From IMG/VR virus record IMGVR_UViG_3300009163_000042, positions 1-55,667 of that record: 55,667 bases of DNA, one strand, 5' to 3'. The DNA is from a virus. Lineage: Duplodnaviria > Caudoviricetes. The notes under the pieces were generated by a model. The model had not been told where the DNA came from and ran no database searches. It saw only the letters and a program-made list of their open reading frames with translations. The translations under genes were made by a program, and so were the position numbers. Shown one piece after another: positions 45,505 through 55,045 of the stretch (position 1 is its first letter; every line of letters begins with the position of its first letter).

Positions 45505-46166
45505 TAATGACCTTTTAACTTTGAATAGGTTTCACGAAGTTCTAAGAACTCGCCAATCCAATCATCGCGTTTTTCAATGAACACAGAACAATTCGGTTGT
45601 TCATCTACAGCTATTAAAATTACAAGTCTATCTACAGGAATTCCCGTACGTTCTTCAAACATAACTGCATAAGCTGATGTTTGCATGAAGTAGCTATGTA
45701 TATTATTTCGATGTTTTTCTTTCGAAGAAGTTTTAAAATCAATGATCGATAGTCGGCCATCGTATTCTGCAATGCAGTCTACTGTGCCGGCTACTTGAAG
45801 ATGATCGGAATAGAGTTGAGTCTCGAGACAATGTATATTATTGATTTTCTCGAGTTGAGGTCGTATAGACTTGAATGTGTCTAAATCAAATATGTCAGGG
45901 TTGACTTCTTGATTGAGGAGATGATGCTCGCAGAGCGTGTGTATACGAGTACCTCGTCTTGAGGCACGGCTTGATACTCGGTTCGCTTCTTCTTCTCCAA
46001 CTCTTTGGCGCCATTCGCGTATTTGTGCTTGTGAGTGGAGTCCGAGGATTGATGTGACGGAAGGATAGGCGTTACCAGTGGGAGTCTCGTAACGACGTCC
46101 TGATGGCGTATCGATTCTATTGAGTTTGGGTATATCATGTTCGATATGTTTAAACAGAGTCTTCAT
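45504..46166 (-). CDS. PD-(D/E)xK Cas4-like exonuclease
   Basis: YPSVTSIL, RGTRIHTLCE, AGTVDCIAEYDGRLSIIDFKTS, YFMQTSAYA. Confidence 0.92.
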   Translation of the reverse strand: MKTLFKHIEHDIPKLNRIDTPSGRRYETPTGNAYPSVTSILGLHSQAQIREWRQRVGEEEANRVSSRASRRGTRIHTLCEHHLLNQEVNPDIFDLDTFKSIRPQLEKINNIHCLETQLYSDHLQVAGTVDCIAEYDGRLSIIDFKTSSKEKHRNNIHSYFMQTSAYAVMFEERTGIPVDRLVILIAVDEQPNCSVFIEKRDDWIGEFLELRETYSKLKGH

Positions 46167-46899
46167 AGCGTAGTTTAGCCAAAATATAATCCTTCACTAA
46201 AGAGCTACGGACAATATCATCAGGCGTAAATTCAATCTTTGTAAAAGCATTCATATGGTATGCAATGTCAAAGAATTTTAAAATTCCTGACATGTCATTC
46301 TTTTTCTTATTTAGGTCTGTCTGACGATAATCACCACACCATAAGATCTTTGAACGATAACCAACACGAGTCATTACTGTGTCAATTTCTTCAAAGGTTA
46401 GATTTTGCATTTCATCGACAATAATGATTGCATCATCAAAAGACATTCCTCGAATAAACGAAGTAGAGATAAACTCAACATGTCCTTGTTCTTCTAATCT
46501 ATCCCAAGCATCTTTGCGACTAAATAATGTATCACAGATTTGTCGATATGGTTGTTGATAAATGTCCATTTTCTCAGATACATCACCTGGAAGATGTCCT
46601 ATTTCACGTGATTGTACTGCTGAGCGTACAACAATAATTTTATTGAAAGGGTTGCTTTTATCAAGTACTTCTTCTAGAGCTTTATATAAAGCACAAAATG
46701 TTTTACCCGTTCCTGCAACTCCATGTAGCGCTACGAAATAATCTCCTCTTTTATATGCATCAAAAAATAATTTTTGATTATCTGTAAGAGGGGCAAAGGT
46801 TTTTAAATCATCAGCTCTTATCCTTAAAGAGTTGTTTATCGGCTTAAACTTTTCAGGTGTTTCATTATCAACTGATTTCAGCGCTGCTTTTCTGACCAT
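46150..46899 (-). CDS. phoH: PhoH-family ATPase
   Basis: GVAGTGKT, IGHLPG, FIRGMSFD, IIVDEMQN, GDYRQTDL, DIVRSSLV. Confidence 0.95.
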   Translation of the reverse strand: MVRKAALKSVDNETPEKFKPINNSLRIRADDLKTFAPLTDNQKLFFDAYKRGDYFVALHGVAGTGKTFCALYKALEEVLDKSNPFNKIIVVRSAVQSREIGHLPGDVSEKMDIYQQPYRQICDTLFSRKDAWDRLEEQGHVEFISTSFIRGMSFDDAIIIVDEMQNLTFEEIDTVMTRVGYRSKILWCGDYRQTDLNKKKNDMSGILKFFDIAYHMNAFTKIEFTPDDIVRSSLVKDYILAKLRYEDSV

Positions 46900-46911
46900 T
46901 AGTACTCCTAG

Positions 46912-47157
46912 TTAAAATGCATTCATTTTCTTTAGATCGCTACCTGGCGCTCTTTCATGGATCTTCTGTAATACTTCTTTAAAGCCAGTATCTTTTTTAC
47001 GCACTCCAACGCGAACAGGATCGCATATCATAGGCGCTCCTGCTATCATCGATTCTAATTGGGGGTTTTCTTTTAGAAATTCTTCGCGTGTAGAGATTGA
47101 CATAAATTTTTCAATCTCATCGCCTGTCGTAGTATCACGGAATTTATAAGTTGGCAT
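46912..47157 (-). CDS. FmdB-like small protein
   Basis: Start moved to MPTYKFRDTTTG; GFKEVLQKIH; typical upstream of phoH. Confidence 0.75.
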   Translation of the reverse strand: MPTYKFRDTTTGDEIEKFMSISTREEFLKENPQLESMIAGAPMICDPVRVGVRKKDTGFKEVLQKIHERAPGSDLKKMNAF

Positions 47158-47773
47158 ATTGTAGTGGCATTGAAATAATACGGTTAAGTTTCGGCTTGTG
47201 TTCAATATAACAAGCATCATCATATAAAGTATTTATACCATCAGCAAACCAAAGAGGCATTGGAGAGTTAGTCCAACGAGACATTTTCGTCTTATCTCCA
47301 AGATAATAATTACGATAAGACTGAAGACTATCACCAGCTACTTTGTAAATATCAGGCATTGCAGGCGTAGGTTGAGTAAATTGATCATTTGAAATATTAT
47401 TAGGGCTATGGCATAAAGCATTATAAAGTCGAGTAGTTGCATGCTGCTTATCGTAACGATAAGAATATTCGTTTAAGCACTCGCTAAACAATGAAAATAG
47501 CCAGTAGTAATTTTGTCGAGACTTACGACACCAAACTGCTGAAGGATGATTGATATGAGTAGCAGAATAAAGCACAGATTCACGGCCGTCAGGAAGAACA
47601 TATCGAGTTTGTTTTCGACCAGTTTTAGAGAGGCCAATAGATTCAGTACCATCAAGAAAACGATGAGCAGTAGAAAGTAATTGAGCATATTCGAGAATCA
47701 TTTTAACAACATGTTTATCATTGTGCATTTGAGCACAAGTCTTAGGATCATTGTCGAGATAAAAAATATTCAT
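47144..47773 (-). CDS. pyrimidine-dimer DNA glycosylase-like (DenV superfamily) protein
   Basis: MNIFYLDNDP..CAQMHNDKHVVKMILEYAQLLSTAH, THINHPSAVW, EYSYRYDKQH, YRNYY. Confidence 0.8.
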   Translation of the reverse strand: MNIFYLDNDPKTCAQMHNDKHVVKMILEYAQLLSTAHRFLDGTESIGLSKTGRKQTRYVLPDGRESVLYSATHINHPSAVWCRKSRQNYYWLFSLFSECLNEYSYRYDKQHATTRLYNALCHSPNNISNDQFTQPTPAMPDIYKVAGDSLQSYRNYYLGDKTKMSRWTNSPMPLWFADGINTLYDDACYIEHKPKLNRIISMPLQYANL

Positions 47774-48012
47774 TTTGAATGTTCAACGTAAGGAAGTTGA
47801 ATACGAGGGATTGGTATAAATCCACTGCTGCGAAGTATGTTGCCATTATTATCATGAGTAGTAGCTTGTGATTGAAGTTCTACTTTCATGACTTTATCGT
47901 CTTTAGTATATTCTACCACTTGGAACTGATAAGTTACAACTTGACTTGACGAAATAGTCAATATTGATTGAGCATCGAGTTTTTGTGGAATTGCAGGTGA
48001 ATAGTTATGCAT
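47770..48012 (-). CDS. hypothetical protein (paralog of 48012-48413)
   Basis: FQVVEY...KVELQ...IPRIQL. Confidence 0.65.
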   Translation of the reverse strand: MHNYSPAIPQKLDAQSILTISSSQVVTYQFQVVEYTKDDKVMKVELQSQATTHDNNGNILRSSGFIPIPRIQLPYVEHSK

Positions 48013-48413
48013 TATAGTTCCTCAATTTTAACGCGTGGAATAGTAGACCATCCATCTTCTTGAAGACGTTGAAGTTCTACTCGGGTGATGTTTCCATTTT
48101 TGCTAACGTATTCAGCAACTCTGAATTCTTCATTTTTTCTAATGATACTACCACCGCTAATAGTAGCAGAATTAATTCCATTACTAGTAATTGTGCCATA
48201 CATAGGATGATTGTGATTAGCACCTATAGTTATAGTACCACTATAACGAGTAGTATCATTTATATGATCTGTAGTTTCTTCAATTTCCATATGCTTTATA
48301 ACCTCATTACTAATTTCACGTGCTATTGAATTTAAAACATAATCTTCTATTTCGTTTTTATCCATTTGCATTATCATAGAATGATTAAGCGTAACTGCAG
48401 CAACTAGTTTCAT
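48012..48413 (-). CDS. hypothetical protein
   Basis: Start MKLVAAV (ATGA coupling); C-terminal FRVAEY...RVELQ...IPRVKI. Confidence 0.65.
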   Translation of the reverse strand: MKLVAAVTLNHSMIMQMDKNEIEDYVLNSIAREISNEVIKHMEIEETTDHINDTTRYSGTITIGANHNHPMYGTITSNGINSATISGGSIIRKNEEFRVAEYVSKNGNITRVELQRLQEDGWSTIPRVKIEEL

Positions 48414-48907
48414 TGGCCACCTTGCCACTCCAAGTGTAAACGTGATAATTCGCTTAGTGTGAAGTTAATGTCTTTATGCAAGATAGCAGTGCCGCCTGCA
48501 GCACGATAGTTCTCAACGACTTGTTCTGTATCATCGACTAAGATATGCCAAGGGTGAGCTAATTCAGCTTTTTTCTTTCCGCCTGGAACTACATTAGCTT
48601 TATATGGAATTCCATGATTACACAACCAAACGGTCTTTTGCCAAGTTACTTCTGAATGAAATTTATCTCCACCCGAAGAAGATAAAATTTCTACAGGCAC
48701 GCGTAATTCGTGTACATAATGTAATAGTGTATCTGCATCCTTATGTTTATCTAACGTACTAAAATTAGCACCTTGAATAAACTTTTCCCAATTGGCCCAG
48801 AAATGTTTTGCACGACCTTGAACGTCAGTTGGTCTTTCACCAAAGAGTTCAGTATATCGTTTATCAAAATCTGCTAAGACTCCATCCATATCGAGATAGA
48901 TTTTCAC
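48410..48907 (-). CDS. HAD-family 5'(3')-deoxyribonucleotidase
   Basis: IYLDMDGVLADF, ILSS, K..WL, ILVDD, AAGGTAILH. Confidence 0.88.
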   Translation of the reverse strand: MKIYLDMDGVLADFDKRYTELFGERPTDVQGRAKHFWANWEKFIQGANFSTLDKHKDADTLLHYVHELRVPVEILSSSGGDKFHSEVTWQKTVWLCNHGIPYKANVVPGGKKKAELAHPWHILVDDTEQVVENYRAAGGTAILHKDINFTLSELSRLHLEWQGGQ

Positions 48908-49389
48908 TTGTTTCTCTCTGTATCGTAATAATGTTTTGAATGTTCAACTTCGCTAGTTGGTGCTTCTTCTTCCCAGCGTTTGATGTATTTACGCTTATCT
49001 TCATCATTCCAAGAATTAAGATAGTTATTATCTTCATTAAACACACGAAGATATTCTTGATCTGTGATTACACGATGAGAAACGATTTGTTCGCCAAGAT
49101 GTTCTTGAGAGATCTCTTCTGCATCATTCATAACAACAGTATCAAGTGCGTATTCTTTTTTGCCAATAGGTACTTCTACTACATAACGTATACGAAATGT
49201 AGAAACACAGTCAACTAATACTAATTCAGTTTCAAGCTTTGTCATACTATAAGTTCCATTGTTATTGTCAGTCCATTTAATAGTATCTCCTTCTTTCCAG
49301 CCGGCTTCTTCTAGAAGTTCAGCAGGAAGAGGAAGAATCGAATCACCAGTTTCTGGATCTTCTTCCAGAGTAATAGTATACTTAGACAT
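48904..49389 (-). CDS. AbrB/MazE-like N-terminal domain protein
   Basis: MSKYTITLEEDPETGDSILPLPAELLEEAGWKEGDTIKW; start moved to 49389. Confidence 0.7.
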   Translation of the reverse strand: MSKYTITLEEDPETGDSILPLPAELLEEAGWKEGDTIKWTDNNNGTYSMTKLETELVLVDCVSTFRIRYVVEVPIGKKEYALDTVVMNDAEEISQEHLGEQIVSHRVITDQEYLRVFNEDNNYLNSWNDEDKRKYIKRWEEEAPTSEVEHSKHYYDTERNK

Positions 49390-50248
49390 CAAAGTACTCC
49401 AATTTAAAATCATTTGCACGCTGTTCATGATTGATGTAACCACGAGGATTGCACACAATACGAGTTGAACCAATCATATAATCAAACACTTCGTGAGTGT
49501 GACCATGTGTCCATAACTTGATTTGTGGATGGTCAAGAATAAACTCGGATAACTCAGAAGAGTAACCACCATTCATCAGTACTTCTTTTTTATAACGAGG
49601 ATGAGTAGATTGTTTGCTTGGAGCATGATGCCCCACAACAACGAACTTTTCATTCTTACCTTCGATTATAATACGAATATACTCCAGCATTTTCTTATGA
49701 TCTTCAACTGCATCTTCAGGTGAAAAGCGAGCAGGACGAGTTCTAAACTTTACGTTATCATTTTCGTCAAAAGTTCTATACGTAACTTCACGATTGCTAT
49801 TTTCGACAGTGCGAAAGTCATTCATCATTCCTGTCATACTATGCAAAGTCATTGGATCTTCTTTATTCATATCAGTCCAAAGAGTACCACCAATAAATGT
49901 TACGTCATTGATGACTTTAATTTCTTTGTCAAGAAAATACACATTACTTAGCATATGCGATGCTAGCATTGATCGAATCTTTGAAGAGGTTTGAGCAAAG
50001 TCGCCGTGATAGTGTTCATGATTACCCATAATGTAAACTACATGAGGGAATTGGAACGAGCAACGTTTGAAGAAGTCAGCGATGCGAGTGCTGCGTGCGC
50101 CTTCCATAAAATTGTGAGGATCTGGCTTGCCAATATCGGCAGCAACACAGATGTCACCACTGAGAATGAGGACGTCTGCATTGTCAGTATTTTGTAAGTT
50201 GATATCACCGAATTCTAGGTGAAGATCTGAAGCGACTGCAATTTTCAT
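49382..50248 (-). CDS. calcineurin-like metallophosphoesterase
   Basis: SDLHLE, LSGDI, MGNHEHY, VGHHAPS, WTHGHTH, NPRGY. Confidence 0.93.
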   Translation of the reverse strand: MKIAVASDLHLEFGDINLQNTDNADVLILSGDICVAADIGKPDPHNFMEGARSTRIADFFKRCSFQFPHVVYIMGNHEHYHGDFAQTSSKIRSMLASHMLSNVYFLDKEIKVINDVTFIGGTLWTDMNKEDPMTLHSMTGMMNDFRTVENSNREVTYRTFDENDNVKFRTRPARFSPEDAVEDHKKMLEYIRIIIEGKNEKFVVVGHHAPSKQSTHPRYKKEVLMNGGYSSELSEFILDHPQIKLWTHGHTHEVFDYMIGSTRIVCNPRGYINHEQRANDFKLEYFDV

Positions 50249-50267
50249 ATTTTTTCTCCTATAGTTT

Positions 50268-50296
50268 ATTATACCATAAAGACGAATTAATGTACA
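50268..50296 (-). promoter_or_regulatory. sigma70-type promoter with conserved spacer
   Basis: TGTACA-TTAATTCGT-CTTTATGG-TATAAT. Confidence 0.85.
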
Positions 50297-50577
50297 ATCA
50301 TGCGAATTAAGCCGATTGTGTCAATTGTTGTTAACAGTATATAGTTAGCGAGCATGCCAAAAGATTTCCTAGTCCAAGAAGCCCAAGCATACAAGGCACA
50401 ACCAGTAATCCAAACAGGATAAAGAGCAAGAAGCGGAGGATGGGGGACTGTGATCGCCATAGTAATACTACAACCAATGCTAATAGCCCAAGCAAGAAGC
50501 TCAATAATAAAGCGAATCCTGTTAGACTTAAAGTCATCGCGAATCCAATCAAATGTAGGTCTTAGTAAATTAAGCAT
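50287..50577 (-). CDS. three-TM membrane protein
   Basis: Three hydrophobic helices; probable start MLNLLRPT. Confidence 0.7.
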   Translation of the reverse strand: MLNLLRPTFDWIRDDFKSNRIRFIIELLAWAISIGCSITMAITVPHPPLLALYPVWITGCALYAWASWTRKSFGMLANYILLTTIDTIGLIRMIVH

Positions 50578-51260
50578 TAATCCCAAAGACCTTGGTAGTA
50601 TTTCCCAAAGAGGCGAAAGCCGTTTTGCATACGATCATGAACTTTTTGCATTCCATCATAATCACATTTGTATGTATGATTAGGACCATCTTCCATACGA
50701 GTAAGTTGTTGACCATTATAAGTTTTTGCTTCTTTAACCCACACAATATCCATTACACCAGTACGGAAAGCATCTTCCCAAGAGTCATCGACCTTGTGTT
50801 CGAACGCAAAGATCATTTCGTCCATAACCCAATCCCAACGTTTATGAGTTAGTTCATAATCGACGTCTTTTTCTTGGCGAGCTTCATCATAAAAGTCAAA
50901 AGTAAGCTGTTGATCATAATCTGGAGTAGAAGTACCACGAAGTTCTTCGGGAACGTCTTCAATATCAACTAAAGCCGATCCATGTTTCACTGATTTTAGC
51001 TGTTTTAGCATCGGGAGGACGATATCAGCCAAAGTATGGTCCATTGACCAAGTATCCCAATAGTCAATCTTCACATAATTGATTTTTGGATTAACTATGT
51101 CCAAAATTTTCTTCAAACCAACTGAAAATGGCTTAAGGCGGTCCGACCATTTTTCAATAATCGGCTCGTCGTAGTCAATTTCACGCCAAAAGAAGACTTT
51201 TTCCAAAATTGTATATGGAGAAAGCCAATGGTCGCGGTAGTTGTTGATATAAATCTTCAT
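50577..51260 (-). CDS. conserved phage hypothetical protein
   Basis: KIDYWDTWSMDHTLADIVLPMLKQLK, RWDWVMDEMIFAFE, GFRLFGKYYQGLWD. Confidence 0.85.
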   Translation of the reverse strand: MKIYINNYRDHWLSPYTILEKVFFWREIDYDEPIIEKWSDRLKPFSVGLKKILDIVNPKINYVKIDYWDTWSMDHTLADIVLPMLKQLKSVKHGSALVDIEDVPEELRGTSTPDYDQQLTFDFYDEARQEKDVDYELTHKRWDWVMDEMIFAFEHKVDDSWEDAFRTGVMDIVWVKEAKTYNGQQLTRMEDGPNHTYKCDYDGMQKVHDRMQNGFRLFGKYYQGLWD

Positions 51261-51266
51261 AATTTT

Positions 51267-51761
51267 TTATTTTTTTTCAATAAATTGACGTAAAAGTTGT
51301 TCGACAAACTGATTTAGAGTCATATCGCTTTCATGAGCACATCTCATGAGCAAAAGCATTTCGCTATCGTCAAGAGTAAGAGGTATACTTATACGAGTAT
51401 CATAAGTTTCACCAGAAAAGATAGCTCGTGATTTTTGCAAGAAGTCTTCATATACTTCTAGATCAATGAAGTCGACATCGTCCCAAGCCTCATCACCAAG
51501 CAATGACTTGATAAATTCAAGACTATTAATGTCAGACCATTCTGGGTTAATGTATCGATAAGCACGTTCATTTTTATAATCGCATGCTTCCATTACATAA
51601 ACTTCTTGAGTTTTAGTATTGAAAACTATATTAAAGCTACTTCCGTCATGATTTCCATCCCAGCTACTAAGACTGTAACAATCAGGAAAATCATATAAGT
51701 TGTAGTCACTGCCTTCAGTGATACGGTAATCTACAAGTTCAAACCAATCTTTCAAATTCAT
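51267..51761 (-). CDS. hypothetical protein with C-terminal ribbon-helix-helix-like motif
   Basis: YRITEGSDY; AHESDMTLNQFVEQLLR. Confidence 0.75.
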   Translation of the reverse strand: MNLKDWFELVDYRITEGSDYNLYDFPDCYSLSSWDGNHDGSSFNIVFNTKTQEVYVMEACDYKNERAYRYINPEWSDINSLEFIKSLLGDEAWDDVDFIDLEVYEDFLQKSRAIFSGETYDTRISIPLTLDDSEMLLLMRCAHESDMTLNQFVEQLLRQFIEKK

Positions 51762-51782
51762 AACATAACTCCTTATGATACT

Positions 51783-51811
51783 ATTATAACACAGTTACGA
51801 TTTATTGTACA
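51783..51811 (-). promoter_or_regulatory. sigma70-type promoter with conserved spacer
   Basis: TGTACA-ATAAATCGT-AACTGTGT-TATAAT. Confidence 0.85.
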
Positions 51812-52194
51812 TTAGCATGCTCATCACATAGAGTTCTAATCCATCCGCCACTACGTGATTTTCCAACATTGCCGCACGTTTCACATGAGTGTATAGCCCA
51901 AGATTCTGCCATACGAACCATACCGTCAATCTTGTCATCGCCACCAGAGTAATAAAAGCGAAGACCTCCAAACTTTTCTTTAATCTGATTTACAGTAACT
52001 TGAATTACAACAGGATTCTTCTCGTGATTTTTGTTCCACCAATCAGTATGACTTTGAATATTAGCACATAGTGCTTGAATAATAGGCCACCAACCAGGAC
52101 CGGTAGAAACTCCGCCATACGGTTCTGCAAACATCTTAGGATACTTAGTCTCAAGATCTTTGATGAACTCATCATATTTTGCTTCATCCCACAT
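51802..52194 (-). CDS. conserved phage protein with C-terminal Zn motif
   Basis: GPGWWPII, QIKEKFGGLRFYY, CETCG...WIRTLCDEH. Confidence 0.85.
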   Translation of the reverse strand: MWDEAKYDEFIKDLETKYPKMFAEPYGGVSTGPGWWPIIQALCANIQSHTDWWNKNHEKNPVVIQVTVNQIKEKFGGLRFYYSGGDDKIDGMVRMAESWAIHSCETCGNVGKSRSGGWIRTLCDEHANVQ

Positions 52195-52195
52195 A

Positions 52196-52393
52196 TCAAC
52201 CTCCGAAATAGGGAATTATTTTTTCAAGGCAATAAATCAATTGATGATTGTTTGTTACATCATCCTCATGAAGATATTGGCCATCTTCAATGTGAGCACG
52301 AAGTTCTTCTTTTAGATAACCACAATGATCCTGAAGACTAAGAAGAGTAATCTTCTCAGCAGTGTCCATATCGATTTCTAGTTTTCTAGACAT
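52196..52393 (-). CDS. hypothetical protein
   Basis: 65-aa ORF in the operon. Confidence 0.6.
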   Translation of the reverse strand: MSRKLEIDMDTAEKITLLSLQDHCGYLKEELRAHIEDGQYLHEDDVTNNHQLIYCLEKIIPYFGG

Positions 52394-52400
52394 TTTTTTA

Positions 52401-53195
52401 TCACTTCATCATTAGTGCGTTAAAGTTGCTAGGTACAACAATAGTTTGTACTTTACCCGATTTAATACCTTCAGAGATATTCAGCATAGCTTGTGCCTGC
52501 ATGAAGGCGATTGAAGAACCAGAGTTATTAGCCAATGCAGCCATACGGCGTGATTCAGCTTCAGCAGTCTTAACTTCGACTTCCTTTTGCTTCAATTCGT
52601 TCTTAGCTTTGACTAGTTCATTAGCGCTGGCAACGACTGAGTCAGCTGGAACTACGTTACGAATCAACACTTGACTGATGGTGATGCTACCGTCTAGCTT
52701 TTCTTCTGCAAGGTTACGAACGATTTCTTCTTTGATAAAGTTCTCCATATCAGAACGAGCGTCTGCCATATCCAAAGCTTCGTACTTACGAGCTGCTTTG
52801 TAGATAGAGTTACGAGCATTCTGTACGATGTAGTTGTACATTACATAAGTATCACCCTTGAACTCGGCATGGAAGCTTTTGTTCTTAGTGGAATATAGTT
52901 CAGCCACTTGCTGTGGATTGATGTTATAGACCACGACTGCATCGAAGTCTTTCATAGTCGAGTTATCTTTAGCGACTGGAGTCATGTCGTTAAGAGTTAC
53001 GTTTACATCCTTGATGGGAAATGTCAAAATATTACCAATCAAAGATTGATTGAACGAACCTGGAAGCAGTTCACCAGATTGAACTTGTTTATCAAAACCT
53101 ACACGTACACCAACCTCACCGGTTTCAATACGAGTACATGCAGCCATAGAAGCAACTGCGCCGGCGATCAAAGATAGTTTAACAAAGCGATTCAT
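52401..53195 (-). CDS. SPFH/band-7 family lipoprotein
   Basis: Lipobox MAA-C, RIETGEVGVRV, C-terminal coiled coil, TIVVP. Confidence 0.88.
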   Translation of the reverse strand: MNRFVKLSLIAGAVASMAACTRIETGEVGVRVGFDKQVQSGELLPGSFNQSLIGNILTFPIKDVNVTLNDMTPVAKDNSTMKDFDAVVVYNINPQQVAELYSTKNKSFHAEFKGDTYVMYNYIVQNARNSIYKAARKYEALDMADARSDMENFIKEEIVRNLAEEKLDGSITISQVLIRNVVPADSVVASANELVKAKNELKQKEVEVKTAEAESRRMAALANNSGSSIAFMQAQAMLNISEGIKSGKVQTIVVPSNFNALMMK

Positions 53196-53202
53196 ATATT
53201 TC

Positions 53203-53379
53203 CTAGAAGATTAACACAATTGCAGCCAAGATGGTGGCTGTTACCAGAGATAAAATTATACCATAAAAAAGAATTTTCGTAAACTCCCACTTTTCAATAC
53301 GAGTAAGAGAGCTAAATTTGTGTATGCTAAGAGCTACGATTAACAGTGTAACTAAAAATACTAAAAGCATGTGTATCAT
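53203..53379 (-). CDS. small two-TM membrane protein (58 aa)
   Basis: Not in the ORF track. MIHMLLVFLVTLLIVALSIHKFSSLTRIEKWEFTKILFYGIILSLVTATILAAIVLIF*; GGAG SD. Confidence 0.7.
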   Translation of the reverse strand: MIHMLLVFLVTLLIVALSIHKFSSLTRIEKWEFTKILFYGIILSLVTATILAAIVLIF

Positions 53380-53612
53380 GTAATATCTCCAAATATAGGT
53401 TTACCAAACTCGTTAGTTTCAATTGCCCAGTGTACTACAACCCAATCATCAATTGCGGTTTGATTATCTTCAAGTAGTTCTACGCGTCGATCTTCAATTA
53501 CTCTCATGACCCAGTTCTTATACCAAGCGCTTGATAGGATTTGTTTCTCGGACCAAGTCTCCTGAACATGCTGTCCACACTCGCCGGGAAATACGATTGT
53601 CCAGTACTTCAT
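53376..53612 (-). CDS. hypothetical protein
   Basis: Start MKYWTIVFPGE; IDDWVVVHWA. Confidence 0.7.
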   Translation of the reverse strand: MKYWTIVFPGECGQHVQETWSEKQILSSAWYKNWVMRVIEDRRVELLEDNQTAIDDWVVVHWAIETNEFGKPIFGDIT

Positions 53613-53950
53613 CGTGATATCCTTACTTCCGAATCCGGATACTTCAAGCAAGCTCGCCAGTAATTATAAACAAACTTAACGAGTCCTTCATACGAACCCC
53701 ATCCATTCTCAGGATTGAACTTCCTAAACTTTTCAGCATGAGAGTCCAAGTTCATGTAACCTTCCTCGAGATACTTTGTCAAGTCGCGAGCAAATTTCAG
53801 ACCATGTTCGTCGGGTCGCCAAAGCACGTCATAGAGTGTAAGGCCATCACCGACATGACACTCGCCTGCCATCGTATTAAGGTTGTGCGTGATGTTATAG
53901 TTCCACTGTGATACAGGTTCTACTACCATCAGATCTACATCTAGACTCAT
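53609..53950 (-). CDS. conserved phage hypothetical protein
   Basis: MSLDVDL, NITHNLNTMA, LWRP, FNPENGWGSYEG. Confidence 0.8.
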   Translation of the reverse strand: MSLDVDLMVVEPVSQWNYNITHNLNTMAGECHVGDGLTLYDVLWRPDEHGLKFARDLTKYLEEGYMNLDSHAEKFRKFNPENGWGSYEGLVKFVYNYWRACLKYPDSEVRISR

Positions 53951-54213
53951 TCTTCTTCTCCATAAAAAAATTCACGAATCGCTACATAACTGTCAAGACC
54001 GCACTGAACATAACCATCCCAATGTGGGTCCTTCATCATAACTTCATCTTCCAGAACAGGTCTATATTGCTCTTGAACCTGTCGCATACATTCTTGTATA
54101 ATCAACTTAGCAAAAGCTTTCTCGTACATTTCCTTAGTTACGAGAAAGCTAGGAGTGTTCTCGATAACATCCTCGTAAGCCTGTTTTGCAAGTTCTTTAA
54201 TTTTATCGTTCAT
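53947..54213 (-). CDS. MNERI-family small protein, copy 3
   Basis: MNDKIKELAKQA...AFAKLIIQEC...IREFFYGEEE. Confidence 0.75.
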   Translation of the reverse strand: MNDKIKELAKQAYEDVIENTPSFLVTKEMYEKAFAKLIIQECMRQVQEQYRPVLEDEVMMKDPHWDGYVQCGLDSYVAIREFFYGEEE

Positions 54214-54423
54214 ACGTAATACTCCACACGATGTCCACAATCTTTACATAACAACAGGTAGTACGCATAGAAGTGTACAGCATGCTGGAAGGTGCTCTTC
54301 TTACTAGATTCCACTAGTTCTGTCATAGTCACGTGCTCCTCTTGAACCCTCTTGAACTGGTCGGCGAAGGGGCTCGTGGAGTACGTTATTCGAGTTACAC
54401 TTATCGCAATAAATGATTTTCAT
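54210..54423 (-). pseudogene. zinc-ribbon gene frameshifted by a 10-bp tandem duplication
   Basis: cctcttgaac x2 at 54338-54357; removing one copy fuses MKIIYCDKC... to ...LCKDCGHRVEYYV* (67 aa). Confidence 0.75.
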
Positions 54424-54529
54424 AAATTCCCCATATAATAAATCCCAACACTCCAAGCTCTACTATGCTAGTAAGCAGGACGGCTAGAGAACTAGCCGGA
54501 TTATTCCGTATGTCTTCTAGTATATTCAT
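54401..54529 (-). CDS. small single-TM protein (42 aa)
   Basis: MNILEDIRNNPASSLAVLLTSIVELGVLGFIIWGIYENHLLR*; TAATG coupling to the upstream gene. Confidence 0.6.
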   Translation of the reverse strand: MNILEDIRNNPASSLAVLLTSIVELGVLGFIIWGIYENHLLR

Positions 54530-54738
54530 TATAATCCGTATTGTCTTGCTATAGCCAATGCAGCCCAAGAAGCGCCGAGGGCTTCCTTATGAGCTTCGTC
54601 CTTTTCTAGAGAATCAGCCATTCTATCAGCACAAGCCAAGCATTCATTGATGATCAACTCGGCGAACTTTTGACGATCCAACCAACCGGTCTTAGGATCT
54701 GATGCCTGTAATGCTAACAATGTGATTCGTTCGTTCAT
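54529..54738 (-). CDS. MNERI-family small protein, copy 2
   Basis: MNERITLLALQA...KFAELIINEC...IARQYGL. Confidence 0.75.
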   Translation of the reverse strand: MNERITLLALQASDPKTGWLDRQKFAELIINECLACADRMADSLEKDEAHKEALGASWAALAIARQYGL

Positions 54739-55019
54739 TACATACTCCAATATGTTTCAGAAGCTGGATTGCAGCACCAAGGCGTATCAGCAGGAATCTG
54801 TACATCCTTGCCGGTCATCAGGCTCTTAACCGTTTTCATAGTAGGATGATACTCGAACCGCCAGCCTTTTGTTGCAGGATACATGTCATAGACTTCGTTA
54901 CTTTCGCGACGCATACCTGCCTCATCGCGATTAGCCCAGACAGTAGTACTATAAAGGCGCTCGCCGGTTTTACACCGACCGTCACGCTTATAAATGTACA
55001 TAGTATAATCTTGCTTCAT
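54738..55019 (-). CDS. conserved phage hypothetical protein
   Basis: IYKRDGRCKTGERL, TVKSLMTGKDV, TPWCCNPASETYWSM. Confidence 0.8.
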   Translation of the reverse strand: MKQDYTMYIYKRDGRCKTGERLYSTTVWANRDEAGMRRESNEVYDMYPATKGWRFEYHPTMKTVKSLMTGKDVQIPADTPWCCNPASETYWSM

Positions 55020-55045
55020 GATATTCTCTCCGTTTTGATAGATCT

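Noticed and set aside
45504-46166. Cas4-like nuclease as a sign of a CRISPR system
   Set aside because: No repeat-spacer array or other cas gene was seen. This exonuclease is a normal phoH neighbour in T4-like phages.
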